DNA of 64,000 nucleotides from the human T2T-CHM13v2.0 reference genome, Homo sapiens. A program made the translations under genes and the position numbers. The stretch lies in NCBI RefSeq assembly GCF_009914755.1, contig NC_060947.1; one strand, 5' to 3'. Below the pieces are notes generated by a model that was given only the letters and a program-made list of their open reading frames with translations, was not told the origin of the DNA and did not search any database. Of the stretch, positions 1 through 25,505 are shown piece after piece (the first letter of the stretch is position 1; each line of letters begins with the position of its first letter).

Positions 1-286
1 TTTTTTTTTTTTTGGAGACAGGGCCTCCTTCTGTCACCCAGGCTGGAGTGCAGTGGTGCCATCTCAGCTCACTGTAACCTCTGCTTCCTGGGATCAAGCA
101 ATCCTCCTGCCTCAGCCTCCTGAGTGGCTGGGACCACAGGCATGCACAACCATGCTCAGCTAATTTTTTTTTTTTTTGTAGAGATGAGGTTTTGCTATGT
201 TGCCCAGGCTGGTCTCGAACCCCTGGGCTCAAGCGATCAACCTCTCAAAGTACTGGGATTACAGGCGTGAGCCACTGCACCCAGCC
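1..286 (-). mobile_element. Alu (AluJ-like)
   Basis: poly-T followed by reverse-complement Alu body. Confidence 0.95.
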
Positions 287-309
287 CAGTCTCTATAATA
301 TATTTTTTA

Positions 310-389
310 AAAGGCCCCACCTCTCAATACTGCCACGTTAGGGATTAAGTTTCAACATGAGCTTTGGAAGGAACATTCAAACCATAGCA
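310..389 (-). mobile_element. MaLR LTR end (MST/MLT1A-like)
   Basis: ccccacctctcaatactg...cattcaaaccatagca terminus typical of MST/MLT1A. Confidence 0.7.
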
Positions 390-891
390 ATATGATATCT
401 GCATAAAATTTTAAAGCATACAGTTCTAGATATTATTTATGGAAATATACATATATAGTTAAAAGTACAAACATTCTTGGGAATGAGGACAGTGGTGGCC
501 TCTGGAGAGAAAAGGGAGGAGCAAGTATATACATGGGTTGAGGGGAGGGAGGTAGGCTTTTATCCTCTGTTATGTTTTTATTTTCTTTCTTAAGATTTCC
601 GAAGCAAATTTGGTTACATATTAGCATCTGTTAAACCTGGGAGTTGGTGGCATAGTTGTCCATTACATTGGTGTCTTTATTCTTCTATACGTTTGAGATA
701 TTTAAAAAGTTAACAATGCCAACTATTGTGCAGGTAGTTAAATATAACTTTTGATATATCAATGCTTGCTTGGCACTGAACATACAAAAATGTAGAGAAA
801 ATCGACAATTCGACATGCCAGTGCAAGAAATCTAGTGATGGCAGTAGAGGAATGAATCTCAAATGAGTGGTATTAAAAATATACTTCTATA

Positions 892-1262
<371 letters not shown>

Positions 1263-1489
1263 TTAACACTCCACAGAGTGAAATTGAATTTTGGGAAGCA
1301 CAGTGGAGCCAGAGTGCGGGGCCTCTGAATGGTCAGCAAAATGCATGAGCATGTCTGCAATTAGGGCTCAGGATGGAGAACAGGTGGGAGCGGGCTGCTG
1401 TTAAGCCCAAAGCTTCTCCCCACCTGGGCCGTTCTGCTCGTGCCTCTGTCCACCAGGCAAAGAGCAGCCTCGAAGAGGACTTCAGAGTC

Positions 1490-1838
1490 CCGTGAGGAGC
1501 CTGGATCTTTCTTTGTAGAGCGTGGGCAGTCACAAAGCTTTTCTTAGCTAGGCAGTGACACGATCCAAGCTGTGATTTAGGCAGATTAGCTTGGCAACTC
1601 CGTATAGGATGGACTGAAGGGAAGAGAGAGCCAGAGACAGAAGAAAGTGTTCCCGGGCCAAGGCCATTGTCGGAAGATGGGTGGAGGTAATGGCCTGAAC
1701 TAGGACCATGGCCTCGCGAATGAAAATAAGGGAAGCAATGAAAACAAACTGGGAAATTGTTGATAGGACTTGGCTACTGTTGCATCCAGAAGACTACGGA
1801 GAAATTAAAGAGGGCTCCAGGGCTCGGGAGAATTGTGG
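1490..1838 (-). mobile_element. L2 fragment
   Basis: gcagtgacacgatc...ggcctgaactagg...gataggacttgg resembles the reverse of the L2 3' region. Confidence 0.6.
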
Positions 1839-2053
1839 TGTTGTAACTGAGCTCAGGTCTGAGCCACTCGTCACCTGAAAGCCAAAAACTTAAGAGATGA
1901 GCTTTGTTGAAAGGAAAGTTAGTTTTATCTGAGAAGCCAGCAACCTGAGGCAGGCATTAAATTAGCGTTGAAAGACCAGCTTTCCTACTTGTGCCTCTGG
2001 ATCAGGGGTTTTTAAGAGAAATTAGGGGAAATGATGATCAAAACATTCTTGCG

Positions 2054-2403
<350 letters not shown>

Positions 2404-2589
2404 TCAACTTTCTGTGGTCTTCTGCAGGCACCATCAGCATATTCTTATCAGGCCAGTCAGCCCGTTCCCAGAGTTGTTGGTCTGCGTGTTTTCTTTCATC
2501 TTCGTTGAAAGCCCTAGTTTCCCGAGGCTGTTTCTAGTAAATAATCTACAAACTCAAGCAAAGCAATAATTATATTCAAGCAAGCAAAC

Positions 2590-2883
2590 TTTTTTTTTTT
2601 AGATGGAGTTTCACTGTTTCACCCAGGCTGGAGTGAAGTGGCGCAATCTTGGCTCACTGCAACGTCCGCCCTCGCCTGGGTTCAAGCGATTCTCCTGCCT
2701 CAACCTCCTGAGTGGCTGGAATTATAGGCGCCTGCAACCATGCCCGGCTAATTTTTATATTTTTAGTAGAGACGGGGTTTTGCCTTGTTGGCCAGGCTGG
2801 TCTCGAGCTCCTGACCTCAGGTGATCCACCCACCTCGCCTCCCAAAGTGTTAGGATTACAGGCGTGAGCCACTGCATCCAGCC
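2590..2883 (-). mobile_element. AluS inside LTR
   Basis: Full Alu, TSD aagcaaactt. Confidence 0.95.
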
Positions 2884-3042
2884 AAGCAAACTTGTTTCTT
2901 TTTTTTTTCTCTCCTCTTCAAGCAAACTTTTTTCTAACATAGAGTCAGTACTGTTACAGTGGCCTAAAGGACAATAAGGGACGTTGAGAGAGGCAGGCAG
3001 CTTTGGAAAGATTAGAAAAAGTTCATTGGTATAAATGTCAAG

Positions 3043-3255
<213 letters not shown>

Positions 3256-3415
3256 GAGATATTATATATTAAGAATATATAAGATTAGGTTTGAGTATTA
3301 GTGAAGAATGCACTGAGCTGGTAACTAGGTGATCACGACTGAAAGGGAGTCAGGATCATGCATGCATGGGTTTGGGTAAAGTGGCGGATTTTGAAAATCA
3401 GACAATAAAAAGCTA

Positions 3416-3827
<412 letters not shown>

Positions 3828-3982
3828 TCAGGCTTCACCTGGGCTGGTGCGTGGCTATCATTGGTGTCAGTGGCCTGCAACAGAGCCAGAACAGTGCAGA
3901 AATGGTGGTGTTAGGTGATGTGTTCACATGGATATTGAACTCACAAGGGCCTGCCTGTGAATCACCATGTGCGGACTTTATA

Positions 3983-4232
3983 ATATCAGCTGACACTTAC
4001 TTACGGTGTGCCAGGCACCATTCTAAATCCTTCACATGTGTTAAACCACTCAATTCTCTCAACAAGCCCAAGAGGTAAGTGTGATTAGTATTCCCCATTT
4101 TGTAGATGGGTAAACTGAGGAAGGCAGCACTTAAGTAAGTTGCCCAAGGTCACACAGCTGGGAAGCGGATGAGCCAGAATTTGAATGTAAGCGGTCCGGT
4201 GCCAGAGTCCATGCTCTTAACCACTGTACTGC
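3983..4232 (-). mobile_element. MIR, near full length
   Basis: MIR core ccccattttgtagatgggtaaactgagg...ttgcccaaggtcacacagct. Confidence 0.85.
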
Positions 4233-5234
4233 CTTTATACAAACAGATGCCTGAGTCCAACCAGGATGATGGTCCTGGATCCTTCTCATTTGTCCCTGTC
4301 CTGTTTTTTTGTCTGAGTTTGGTCTCCCTCTGTGTGTTAACTCTTAGCTTTGCAAAAAAATATTGATCTTGTCTCCGGCCTTTGGAACACATGTTTGTAT
4401 TTGGTCTTTCCAGTGGAGTCTCAGGTGGCCTCTGACTAGATTTGTCTCTCTGGGTCATCATAACCCACATTGCTCCAACCAGCATCCTGGGTCCGACTGC
4501 AGACACTCTTACTCTGAAACCGGCTTGCTCTCCTTTGATTCCAGCCTCCCAAGGCCCTATCCTTGACCTCCCATCTCTGGGGTTAGCTGGGTCGAGTAAA
4601 CCCCCAGTGGGGAGGCCCAAGTGCATAGCAGCTCAGGGATCAGACCCTTGCCCCACCATGACCCCCTCTGATGGCTGATACAGGGAAGATTTGGAGACCT
4701 GGGGACTTGCTGTCCTGGCAGACACAGGTTTCAGCTGAGGCCAGGGGATGGAGGTAGGGAGACAGCAAGAAATTCGGTTTAGAATGCAGGGGAACTGGCC
4801 TCATCAGGCACCATAGGATGGCCTCAGGGATGAGGGGAGGGGGCAGGCTAAGTGAAGTGGGGTCAGGAATGAAAGCACAAGTGGTGACAGTGGGAAGGAA
4901 AAGCCGAGCCAGAGAGCCCCATTGCTAAGGAAAGCTGCGGTGATCGCGAGAGCCCTCTGCCCGCTGGAGTCCTGCTTGGGTGTGAGAGGGACCTGGGGTT
5001 CACTGTTCAGTCGCTTCTGCTGGACACAAGCCTTTTAGTCTCTCAAACAGAGGTTGTAACTCTTGTGAGTCCTGGCCTCTGAAAATCTGGTGAAAAACAT
5101 GGACCATCCCCTAAGACAGTCGTAGGAGTGCACACAACCAATCCACATTCTGCATGTAATGTGGGTGAGCCATAGCTCCCTCTGGAAATAAACCCTGGAT
5201 CTCAGGGTAAGAATTCCTGCTCTAGAACTTTTAA

Positions 5235-5811
<577 letters not shown>

Positions 5812-6080
5812 AGTGGAGGAGCGCCTGTGGTTCTTGTTTGGGCACAGAGCTGTGAGTGCATACACTGGCTACTGCATCATACGAGGAAATGGAGAGAAGG
5901 CAGGAGGGAGGGAACATGAAGTACACTGAGGCCCAGGTCTAGAGGCCAGCTGGTTGTGGGCTAAAGGCGGCAGCAGACAGATTTGCTTGGTTTTAGGATT
6001 GAGCAGGTGTCAGAGCTGGGAAGTGCTGAGAAATGAGGTCACAGAGTGAAACAGGCAACAGCTCAAAGAAAATCAGATGA

Positions 6081-6382
6081 GGGCGGGGTGTGGTGGCTCA
6101 CACCTGTAATCCCAGTACTTTGGGAGGCCGAGATGGGGTGGATCACTTGAGCTCAGGAATTTGAGACCAGCCTGGGCAACATGGTGAAACCCCGTCTCTA
6201 CTAAAAGCATAAAAAGTAGCCAGGTATAGGTGGCTCATGCCTGTAATCCCAGCTACTAGGGAGGCTGAGGCACAAGAATTGCTGGAACCCAGGAGGCGGA
6301 GATTACAGTGAGTCAAGATTGCACCACTACACTCCAGCCTGGGTGACAGAGCGAGACCCTGTTTCAAGGAAAAGAAAAGAAA
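6081..6382 (+). mobile_element. AluS
   Basis: Full Alu, TSD aaagaaaatcagatgagg. Confidence 0.95.
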
Positions 6383-6698
6383 ATCAGATGAGGTTTAGGT
6401 GGATTTGGTCATGGAAAGAAAGGCCTTGGGGCGAGGGAGGCTTGGATGCCACGAGTAATCTCTTCAGCCCTCACCTCCGTACAAACAACTTTAAATCAAT
6501 ATACAATCGCTTGAACCTGGGAGGCAGAGGTTGCAGTGAGCCGAGATTGTGCCACTGCACTCCAGCCTAGGGGACAGAGCAAGACTCTGTCTCAAAAAAA
6601 AAAGTAAATAAATATACAATTTAATTAAAAAGTGTGTTGATGTAAACATACAATCTTTAGGAGAGGTTGCATAGACCAAGCTGTTGTCCTAAGCCCCC

Positions 6699-7766
<1,068 letters not shown>

Positions 7767-7811
7767 TTACTAAGGTAGCTTTGGAAAGGAGAGCAAGAGA
7801 GGCTAGCAGGG

Positions 7812-8572
<761 letters not shown>

Positions 8573-8799
8573 CAGGGAGAAGAGAAGGTTGAACTAGGTG
8601 GAACAGTCAAAAAGGGAGAACTCATGTAGGTTAGTAGGTTATTTATTTAGGGTAATTTTTTTTAAATGGTCAGTGGAGACTGAGGGATTGAAAAATTCAT
8701 GCCATTTGTGGGGTCGGAAAGCTATTGCAATGAGAGGAAAGGGAAAACTGGATTATATGAAGTATTGTGGGAGCTGCAAATTGATGAAGTGTGGTTGCT

Positions 8800-9086
8800 C
8801 TTTTTTTTTTTTTCTTTTTGGGGCAGGGTCTCACTCTGTCACTGAGGCTGGAGTGCAGTAGCATAATCTTGGCTCACTGCAACCTCCGCCTCCCGGACCC
8901 AAGTGATCCACCCATCTCAGCCTCCACAGGTTCGAGCCACCACGCCCAGCTGATTTTTGTATTTTTTATGGAGACAGGATCTCACCATGTTGGCCAGGCT
9001 GGTCTCAAACTCCTGAGCTTGAGCGATCCTCCTGCCTCGACCTCCCAAAGTGCTGGGATTACAGGCGTGAGCCACCGCACCCGGCC
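8800..9086 (-). mobile_element. Alu
   Basis: Reverse Alu with small internal deletion. Confidence 0.9.
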
Positions 9087-9915
9087 TGTAGTTGCTTTTG
9101 GAGGTCGGGCTGTGCTGCTTGAATGACTCTCAGCACGTAGAATGGATTATGGGGGGGTGCTGATTTCTATGTGGGTTACAAAAGAAGCAAAATGCACAGA
9201 ACTGGGAAGAGGATGTGAGTCAGGGTCCTGCTCATGATTTACACATTTTTATAACTTGGGAGTCTGGGAATCTGAGAAACAGATACCAGTGCAACTGGAT
9301 GCTTTCAACAGGACAAAATACAGAGCAAAAAAAAAGTGAATAGATTAAGCATTAAGTGTAGACAGAGGATTTCCCAGATGGTGTCAATTTGGCACCATTG
9401 TTCCCTCAAATTGTTTGACTCTGACTAATTCTTTCCCCCAATTTGACATTTTGAAAGAAACCTCTTGGAACCATATTTCATATGGAACAGAGGCAGAGAA
9501 ACATTTCGGTTGCTGAGTAAATATAGGCCTGGTTGCGTTCATTTCAGTGGCAGTCACATTATGGTAATAAAACCTGATACTTTTGGAGCTCTAACTAATC
9601 TAAGGAAGGTACGATTATGAGGAAATCAAGACTTAAAGAGGTGAATGTGCTTGTTCAGGGTCACCCTGCCGGTGAGCAGCAGAACTCGTAGTAAAGTTGA
9701 GGGTAGATGGTACTGCAGGGCGGGCCTGCACACGGGTTTCCCTCATTGTATGTTGTCTCAGCCTATAAAATCTGCTGTATCTTAGTGAATGAAGGAAGGA
9801 ATTTAATACCTGTTCTCTGAATCTCATATTTTTAGAAAATTGTAAAGATTAGGGCTGGGCATGGTCGCTCACACCTGTAATCCCAGCACTTTGGGAGGCT
9901 GAGGCAACCGGATCA

Positions 9916-10536
<621 letters not shown>

Positions 10537-10959
10537 GTTATAAGGGTTCCTTCTGGTGATTAGTTGAATGAAGTCTGGGGCCACTGGGTAGGCAGGTGAT
10601 TAGAAATGGGCACATCACTGTAACCATATGTCTCCAGGAAGAAGAATTGAGTGGCACAGAAGGGTCACTAGTCCCAAAATATCAGCACGAGATGAAATTG
10701 TTTTAGGGAAGGTGTAGGTTAGGAAGGCTTTTCCATTTACAGATTCGTCTGAGAGTAGTGACACTTTAGACATCATCCTCGCCAGGGCTGTCTGGTAATA
10801 ACAAAGCTTTTTGGGTTAGTGGCAAAGTTAGCTCTCTGTGCTGATATCTTGCTAAATTATAAAATGCCCTTCAACTCCTCATTCCTCCTATCATGGTCCT
10901 CTTTCTCTATTGAAGATGAGATTAATTTTTAGTGAAAAAATAAAATATGAACTGAGACT

Positions 10960-11272
10960 TGTCACGGGTTGGGTTCTGCAGGAAGCAGACTCCGAGACGG
11001 ACACAGGATGTTTATTAGGAAGTGCTCTTGGGTGAAGCTCTGTGGAAGGGAGGGGAGAGAAGCAGGAGTGGGTGACTTCTGGAGCTTCATCCTGGGTTCG
11101 GGCCAGATGGCCAGGCCTTTGTAACCTTGTATCTATCAGCCATCAGATGCAGGCCACCTGGATCAGGTGGCTGTACAGCTGAGATAACTCCTAAATGAGC
11201 CAGCATTCCCAGTTGCTAGGACAAGCCTTTCATCCAAGAGGACTTGGGCTGGTGCACCAAGGTATCCACCAC
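10960..11272 (-). mobile_element. ERVL LTR relic (LTR16/LTR33-like)
   Basis: tgtcacgggttgggttctgcaggaagcagactccgagac...tttattagg start. Confidence 0.5.
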
Positions 11273-11534
11273 GACACTCAAAGTGGATGATACATATGAA
11301 TTGATAGCGTAAAAACAAAAAGCACACCTGCTTAAATTGATATTCCCACCTGCACGGATTCATTCTGCAGGAAGAGCAACAGCCTGCAATACATGGGCCA
11401 ACAAGTTCATGTGCCTGTTGCTGAATATGGGGTCTGGACTGCGACCAAGACCTTTTCATTTATACCATGGCAGCCTCCAGCAGACATGCCATGGAAATAA
11501 AGAAAAAGAAAACTCTGCCTCACTGCAATATTTA

Positions 11535-12601
<1,067 letters not shown>

Positions 12602-12835
12602 GAATACTTACTTTTAAGAAAATAGATGAATTCAATTATTTATTTATCCTGACTATAAAAGCAATTTATATTTGCGGTTTAAAACAAATGCATAGTACAA
12701 AAAAAAGGTATAAAAGCAGAGGAAAATCATCCACAAGCCCACCAACCAGAAGTAATCAGGTAATCATTGTTAACATTTTAGCATATTTTTCCTAAAATAT
12801 ATATTCCCATCCTTAGTTGAGCTCATGTTACACCT

Positions 12836-13420
12836 GTGGGAGGCAGCAGTGTGTTGTAGTTAAGAACATGTGCTCTGAAGGCAGAAAGACCTGGTAGGAA
12901 TTCTGTCTCTGACACTTACTTGTTATGAAACTTTCATTCATTCATTCATTCACTCATTCAAAAAATAGCTATTGGCCGGGTGCAGTGGCTCACGCCTGTG
13001 ATCCTAACACTTCGGGAGGCCGAGGTGGGAGGATCACTAGCCCAGGAGTTTGAGACCACCCTGTACAACATAGGGAGACCTCATCTCTATTTTTAAAAAA
13101 TATAAATAATTTTTTAAAAATAGCTATCTATGATGTGGCCCTTGGTGCCAATGTACCTTCAGAACAGTAAAAAAGGGAGAAAAATGAAAAATATCATATG
13201 GCACTGGGAATATGAGTTTGAAAAAGGGAAGCAAAGCCTTTCCTTCATGAACTCGCATGTTAGCGGAAACTTATCCTTCTTTAAAGTCTTCACTTTCTCA
13301 TATATCAAGTGTGGATAGCAATACCTACCCCATAAGGCTTCTGTCAGTATGATTGTCTCCTTAAAGAAGATCATGTATGTAAAATACCTGCACGTAGTCA
13401 TTGCTCGAAAAATAGAAGCT
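12836..13420 (+). mobile_element. MIR fragments, (TTCA)n and a FLAM monomer (~12974-13100)
   Basis: gtagttaagaacatgtgctctgaagg MIR head; monomer with TSD aaaaatagctat. Confidence 0.7.
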
Positions 13421-13507
13421 GTTGTCATCACATATGTTTAGGTTTTTTTTTTTTCACTGAACGGTGTGTCGTAGTTTCCCCATGTCAGAAAGAAACCCCT
13501 TTGAACT

Positions 13508-13798
13508 GGCCGGGCGCGGTGGCTCACACCTGTAATCCCAGTACTTTGGGAGGCCGAGGTGGGTGGATCACGATGTCAGGAGATTGAGACCATCCTGGCT
13601 AACACGGTGAAACCCCATCTCTACTAAAACAAAAAAATACAAAGAATTAGCCGGGCGTGGTGGCGGGCGCCTGTAGTCCCAGCTACTCGGGAGGCTGAGG
13701 CAGGAGAATGGCGTGAACCCGAGAGGCGGAGCTTGCAGTAAGCCGAGATAGCCACTGCACTCCAGCCTGGGCGATGGAGCAAGACTCCGTCTCAAAAA

Positions 13799-13830
<32 letters not shown>

Positions 13831-13832
13831 AA
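13508..13832 (+). mobile_element. AluY with (GAAA)n tail
   Basis: gagaccatcctggctaacacgg and gaatggcgtgaaccc diagnostics; TSD gaaagaaacccctttga. Confidence 0.95.
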
Positions 13833-14101
13833 CCCCTTTGATGGGGTCACCATGGGGTTCCTGCAACATCCATGGGAATACAGGTGATTGGCTTCCTGCC
13901 AGGAGGCGGCAGCACGTTCTTCAAGAGCAGTGATTAATATTCCAGCAACTCCAGCAGCACAGCTTACCTGGGCTCAGGAAAACCCATTTTCCTTTTTTGC
14001 TTTCCGGTCTTAGTGGTGGTAAGGCTTCCTGTAATCAGTAATCTCTGGGGAACCCTACCTTTCCCCTTTCACAATTCCCTCCATTAAGTTATCTCTGCTT
14101 G

Positions 14102-14566
<465 letters not shown>

Positions 14567-14879
14567 TTATTTCATTTTTAAACTTCCCGTTTTAAAAGAA
14601 ACTAAGAAATAAAGGTCAATTGGATAGTTGTAAAAAGAATTCAGACTTGAAAATGGGACAGATGAAGAAAAGTTGCATAAGTGAACAGGCAAAAGGCTGA
14701 AGATCATCTATAAATAAAGGATTTAGGCAACTGAAAAGTAACTATAGGAATTTAACCATTTATTTACCATCTCCACTGAGAAAAGAACAGGAGTAAATCC
14801 TGTCAATACCAGAGAATAATAGATTATTTTTAAGGAAAACTTCCTTATTCTAAAGGCAGGGCCAACTTTGTGTGCAAGT

Positions 14880-15105
14880 CTGTGGTTCTCAGGCAGGGAT
14901 GATTTTGTGTCCAAGGGGACGTTTGGCAAGGTCTGCCTTGTCTGGAGGCATTTTGGATTGTCACAATTAGGAGGAGGGTGTTACTGGCACCTAATGGGTA
15001 CAGACCATCAATGGTGCCAAATATCCTACAGTGCACAGGACAGCCCCCATCCCCTAGAATAAGCCAGCCCAAAATGTCAACAGTCATAATGTTGAAAAAC
15101 CCTGG
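14880..15105 (+). mobile_element. MER20 (hAT-Charlie)
   Basis: gtggttctc...ggggacgtttggc...ttgtcacaa...gcacaggacagccc...gttgaaaaaccctg. Confidence 0.85.
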
Positions 15106-15189
15106 TATAAACAAATTCAGTGGAATCTCTAGGCATTGTGAAGTACTATTACCAGTTCTACAAAAATGCCTCTTCTGCTTGTCTCACTG

Positions 15190-16905
<1,716 letters not shown>

Positions 16906-17036
16906 GGTAGTTTCACTGAATGTTGGATTTTTATAACTAGAGGTTTTGCTTCTGTCATATTGATTGGTTGATTAATTGGTCACTGTTAGAATGCCAATTG
17001 CCAGTAAAGATTACACACAACACATTAACATTATAG

Positions 17037-17419
<383 letters not shown>

Positions 17420-17598
17420 TAAATCTGAGATCATAGGGAGGCTGGGAAAAAGAGTAGAAAGGGAGGCTGGGGCCCATAAAACCAACACTATTGCCTAGAC
17501 CTTGCCTTGTGTAAATGCATTCATTACAGATAAAGTTTCCAAAGGAGCCTGAGATTTTGCAACCATTTAATTGGCATGCGTAGTTAGATAATCTTTTA

Positions 17599-18336
<738 letters not shown>

Positions 18337-18878
18337 GTCTTGAAGTTACATATTTTACACTGGTGAAGTTAATTAGTAAAATAACAAACTTTTGTTTTTA
18401 TTTGGCTAATCTATGTGATGTTTTCAGGAGTTGATTGCCTTATTGATGAATGAGTAAAGTAACAGCCTTTTTCCTTTTTTTTATATGATTACTTTTTGAT
18501 TATGTCCATGTTTATTAGCAGTTTGAAGAATAAATAATCAGGAAAATGTAGCTTATGATGATTGGCTCCATTTGTGTATCCCCACCATGATAAGTACAGT
18601 GTTTTCTATATAACAGGTACTGATTAATCTTTGTTGGACAGATGAACTCAAGCCAACCTGGCCATTTGCTAGCAATTCTTGTTAAAAAAAAAAAAAAAAA
18701 AAGTTTTCATATGTGAGAGACTAACAGAGTTGGCTGAAGTGAAATAGTTGGATTATTGACAGATGTCAATAGGTTTCAAGGTCTTTCTCCTACTAGAACA
18801 GTAATATAGGTGTTTTCTTGATTTTGGAAGCTGAGGTGTGCAAATTCATGTTTTTTTTTTTGTTTTTGTCTTAGGCAT

Positions 18879-19855
<977 letters not shown>

Positions 19856-20627
19856 TGTGGGGATTATTTATTATTTATGATCCTTCTCCATGTCCCTAAT
19901 TTCCAAATTCTAAAGGTACTTTCTATTTGTCTTTATGGTAATATTTTTCCAACTGCCTTCTCTAAACTTGGTGGGTATAACATCTCAGAAGGTAACATTC
20001 TTTAAAATAATTTATGTTGTGGCCGATTGATCTTACGGTGCACTAAAGGTACCAGCTGAGCATCTGTCTAGAATGGGAGTGTGTCCTGCTAGGTTTACTC
20101 ATCCATATAATTCTAACTTTTGTCTGTTTTGGAGAAGAAAATAATACACAGGTAAGCATATCCCTAAACATATACATAAAATAAATGAGAAAAAATATAT
20201 ATACATATATTCCCTGGAAGCAGCTTTAAGTCAAGTTTTGGAAGGTTCTATGGTACAGGTGATGGATATAGGTGGATTCAGGGGAAAATCTTATTGACAT
20301 GTATAGAATAATAAGTGGTCTCTATTTGGGGGTTATTATGGCAAGTGATCAACATTTTCAAAGTATTAAAAGTTGAATGAATTGTGCACTAAACATCCAC
20401 ATACCCACCACCTAGATTCTACAATTAACATTTTACTTTATTTGCTTCATCGCCTATCTATCCATTCATCAATCCTTCTATTAATCATCTTATTTTTTAT
20501 ACTTTTCAAAGCAACTTGCAGTCATCAATTGATGAAGTAAGCATATTTTGAGGTCTATTTTAAAATGTGGACAATTTCCTTCCTGTTTCAATCTATCTTA
20601 TAAAAATTATATTTGATTAATATATAA

Positions 20628-21056
<429 letters not shown>

Positions 21057-21145
21057 TAATATGCTTTTGTACATATCTTTGCCTTGACTTGAGAATGTAC
21101 TAAAAACTTACATATTCTGAACTGAAAAGGAACAGTTGTGTCCCT

Positions 21146-21471
21146 TGAGGTGAGAGGATCACTTGAGCCCAGGAGCTTGAAATCAGCTTGGGCAACATTG
21201 CAAAACCCATCTCTACAAATGTATTGTATTTTACATATACATATAAAAATCTGTGTGTGTGTATATATATATATATATATACACACATATATATGTATAC
21301 ACATATATATGTGTGTATATATATATACACACACATATATATGTATATACATATATATGTGTGTATACATATATATATGTGTACACATATATATGTGTGT
21401 ATACACATATATATGTGTACACATATATATGTGTGTATACACATATATATGTGTATACACATATATATATG

Positions 21472-21507
<36 letters not shown>

Positions 21508-21680
21508 TTGCCAGGCATGGTGGCTTATGCCTGCAGTTCTATCCTAGATACTGGGGAGGCTGAGGCAGGAAGATCTCTTGAGCCTGGGAGGCAGGGGTTG
21601 CAGTGAGTCGAGATGGTGCCACTGCACTCCAGCCTGGGTGACAGAGTGAGATCCTGTCTGAAAAAAAAAAAGAAAAAAAG
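21146..21680 (+). mobile_element. AluJ-like element whose central linker has expanded into a microsatellite
   Basis: Left-arm end at ~21217, right arm resumes at ~21510. Confidence 0.85.
21252..21503. repeat. Compound (TA)n/(TG)n/(CA)n microsatellite
   Basis: Recurrent units such as acacatatatatgtgtgtat, ending in (CA)n. Confidence 0.95.
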
Positions 21681-21940
21681 AAGACAGGAACTTTACTTTG
21701 ATACCTTTTTGAAAGGCAGAAAGATGTCTTCCTTGCAGAGCTATTGTGGAATAAATGAGACAACGTAAGGGAAGTTCCTGGCACATAGTGGCATTCCGTA
21801 CATGGTTTCTACTGCTGAGGGGAAAGAGCTTAAAGGTTGAGTTAGACTTCTTCCTGGGTCCTGGTTCCACTGCCTACTGGCTGGGTGAGCTTGGGCAGGT
21901 TCCTAAAACGTTATCTGTAAAATGGAGATAGGAACCACTT

Positions 21941-22930
<990 letters not shown>

Positions 22931-23364
22931 TAGCCCATGTTCAAAGGGGCTTTCATGAGTTGTTAAGCCAAGAGCTGATGGTTCCCTCTCCCCTCTACCT
23001 CCCTATGGTCAGAGAAGTTAGGCTTGGTGAGAGAACTGACCACACCTTCCAAGGAACTGGAGTAAGGGCCCATCACATCCCCTGGTCACTTTATGTTGGT
23101 CACTTTGGTCACTTTAGGTGCCATGAGCCACAAGCCTGACAGGTGATGATGGTGGGAAGTGGGGAAAGGGATTTAAATCAAACACAAGATTAGAGTTTTA
23201 AACGGTTGATTTTTAATAGCAGAAAACACCTAAATGTCAAAAAAAAGTATCCAAGATATGAAGGGACATGAAAGGTAAATTTACCATAAAAACATGTTTC
23301 AAAGTAGTGATTGGAGAAAAATAAACCACTTCATTTATACCCCATGGAATTGAGCCTGCTCAGT

Positions 23365-23890
23365 AACAGCTAATCTTTATAAAGTCCTTACTATGGGTCA
23401 GATACTCTTCTAAGTATTTCACAAATAGTCACTCACCTAAACCTATGAAGTAAGCACTATTATCATCTTCATCATCTCCAATTTTTTTTGAGACGGAGTC
23501 TCACTCTTTTGCCCAGGCTGGAGTGCAGTGGTGCAATCTCAGGCTCACTGCAATCTCTGTCTCCCGGGTTCAAGCAATTCTCCTGCCTCAGCCTCCCAAG
23601 TAGTTGGGATTACAGACACTCACCACCACGCCCAGCTAATTTTTGTATTTTTAGTAGAGACGGGGTTTCCCTGTGTTGGCCAGGCTGGTCTCGAACTCCA
23701 CACCTCAAGTGATCCACCCACCTTGGCCTCTCAAAGTGCTGGGATTACAGGCATGAGTCACCGCGCCCGGCTTCATCTCCATTTTTACAGAGGAGGAAAC
23801 TGAGGCATAGAGAAGTTGAGCAATTTGCCCAAGGACATAACTAGAGCTAGCATTTGAGCCCAGGCCATCTGACGCCCGAGTCTTAAAAGA
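23365..23890 (-). mobile_element. MIR split by an antisense AluS (~23482-23772)
   Basis: tttacagaggaggaaactgaggc MIR core; Alu TSD catctcca. Confidence 0.8.
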
Positions 23891-24186
23891 TATGATTGCA
23901 ATGTAAGGTTTGCTCAAGGTACAGAAGAATATTGGTTAAAGTGTTAAGGCTGACATTTCTGTTCTTTCCCCACTGTTCCTGGTTAAACTCAGTGCCTGGA
24001 GGACAAAGATAGAGGCTTTGTTTCAAATGAGGAATTGGATTCAAATTTCCAAAATGAAAATTTTCCAAATGATATAAACTTTAAATGAAAACATGTAAGA
24101 TCTGACGGTTTGATTTAAGCTCTGAGCAGGGCCGAGGAATAACTAATGCTCACCTCTTCCTGCAAACACTATAAATTTATGCACTG

Positions 24187-24504
<318 letters not shown>

Positions 24505-24592
24505 CTACCAGATCCTGATTGCATTATGAGGTCTAGGCCCAGATGGATACTTCATAAATGTTTTTTTGACAATGAATAGAATGCTTGTTTAG

Positions 24593-24992
<400 letters not shown>

Positions 24993-25505
24993 TAGCACTC
25001 ATAGGTTCTGACATCTGTAGTGGGATGCGTCTCTGGCATCTAATAGAAAGTCTGACTCAAACTGTCTGAAATGCAAGGAAAGGGCAGAGTTTGTTTAATG
25101 AAACAACTCAGTGACGTCATCAAGAACCCAGTTAAAAATTTTTTTTTCTATTTTTTGATTCTGCCTTATTTAGTGTGTAGGCTTTGACCTAGGGCTGGTT
25201 TTCCTCTTAGTCACGAAATGACTGTCAGTGGCAACAAGCGTACTTGCTTCCTTGTTCATCCAGCAGGGTAGACAGGGAAAACCTCTTTCAAACCATCAAA
25301 TGTTAAATTCTTTCCTTCAGTGTAATTAGGCCACACATTGATTGACTGAGACTCTGGGTAGTGTGGAGCGGGTGGATGCCTGAACAGAGTTGGGGTTCTA
25401 TTAGAAGGGCAAAAAAGCAAATCGATGCTGGGGAGGTTCTCAAGCTGTTTCTTCATCTGGAAAATGGTGAGAATTTCGCAGAGAATTGAGAGGATTAGAG
25501 ATAAT

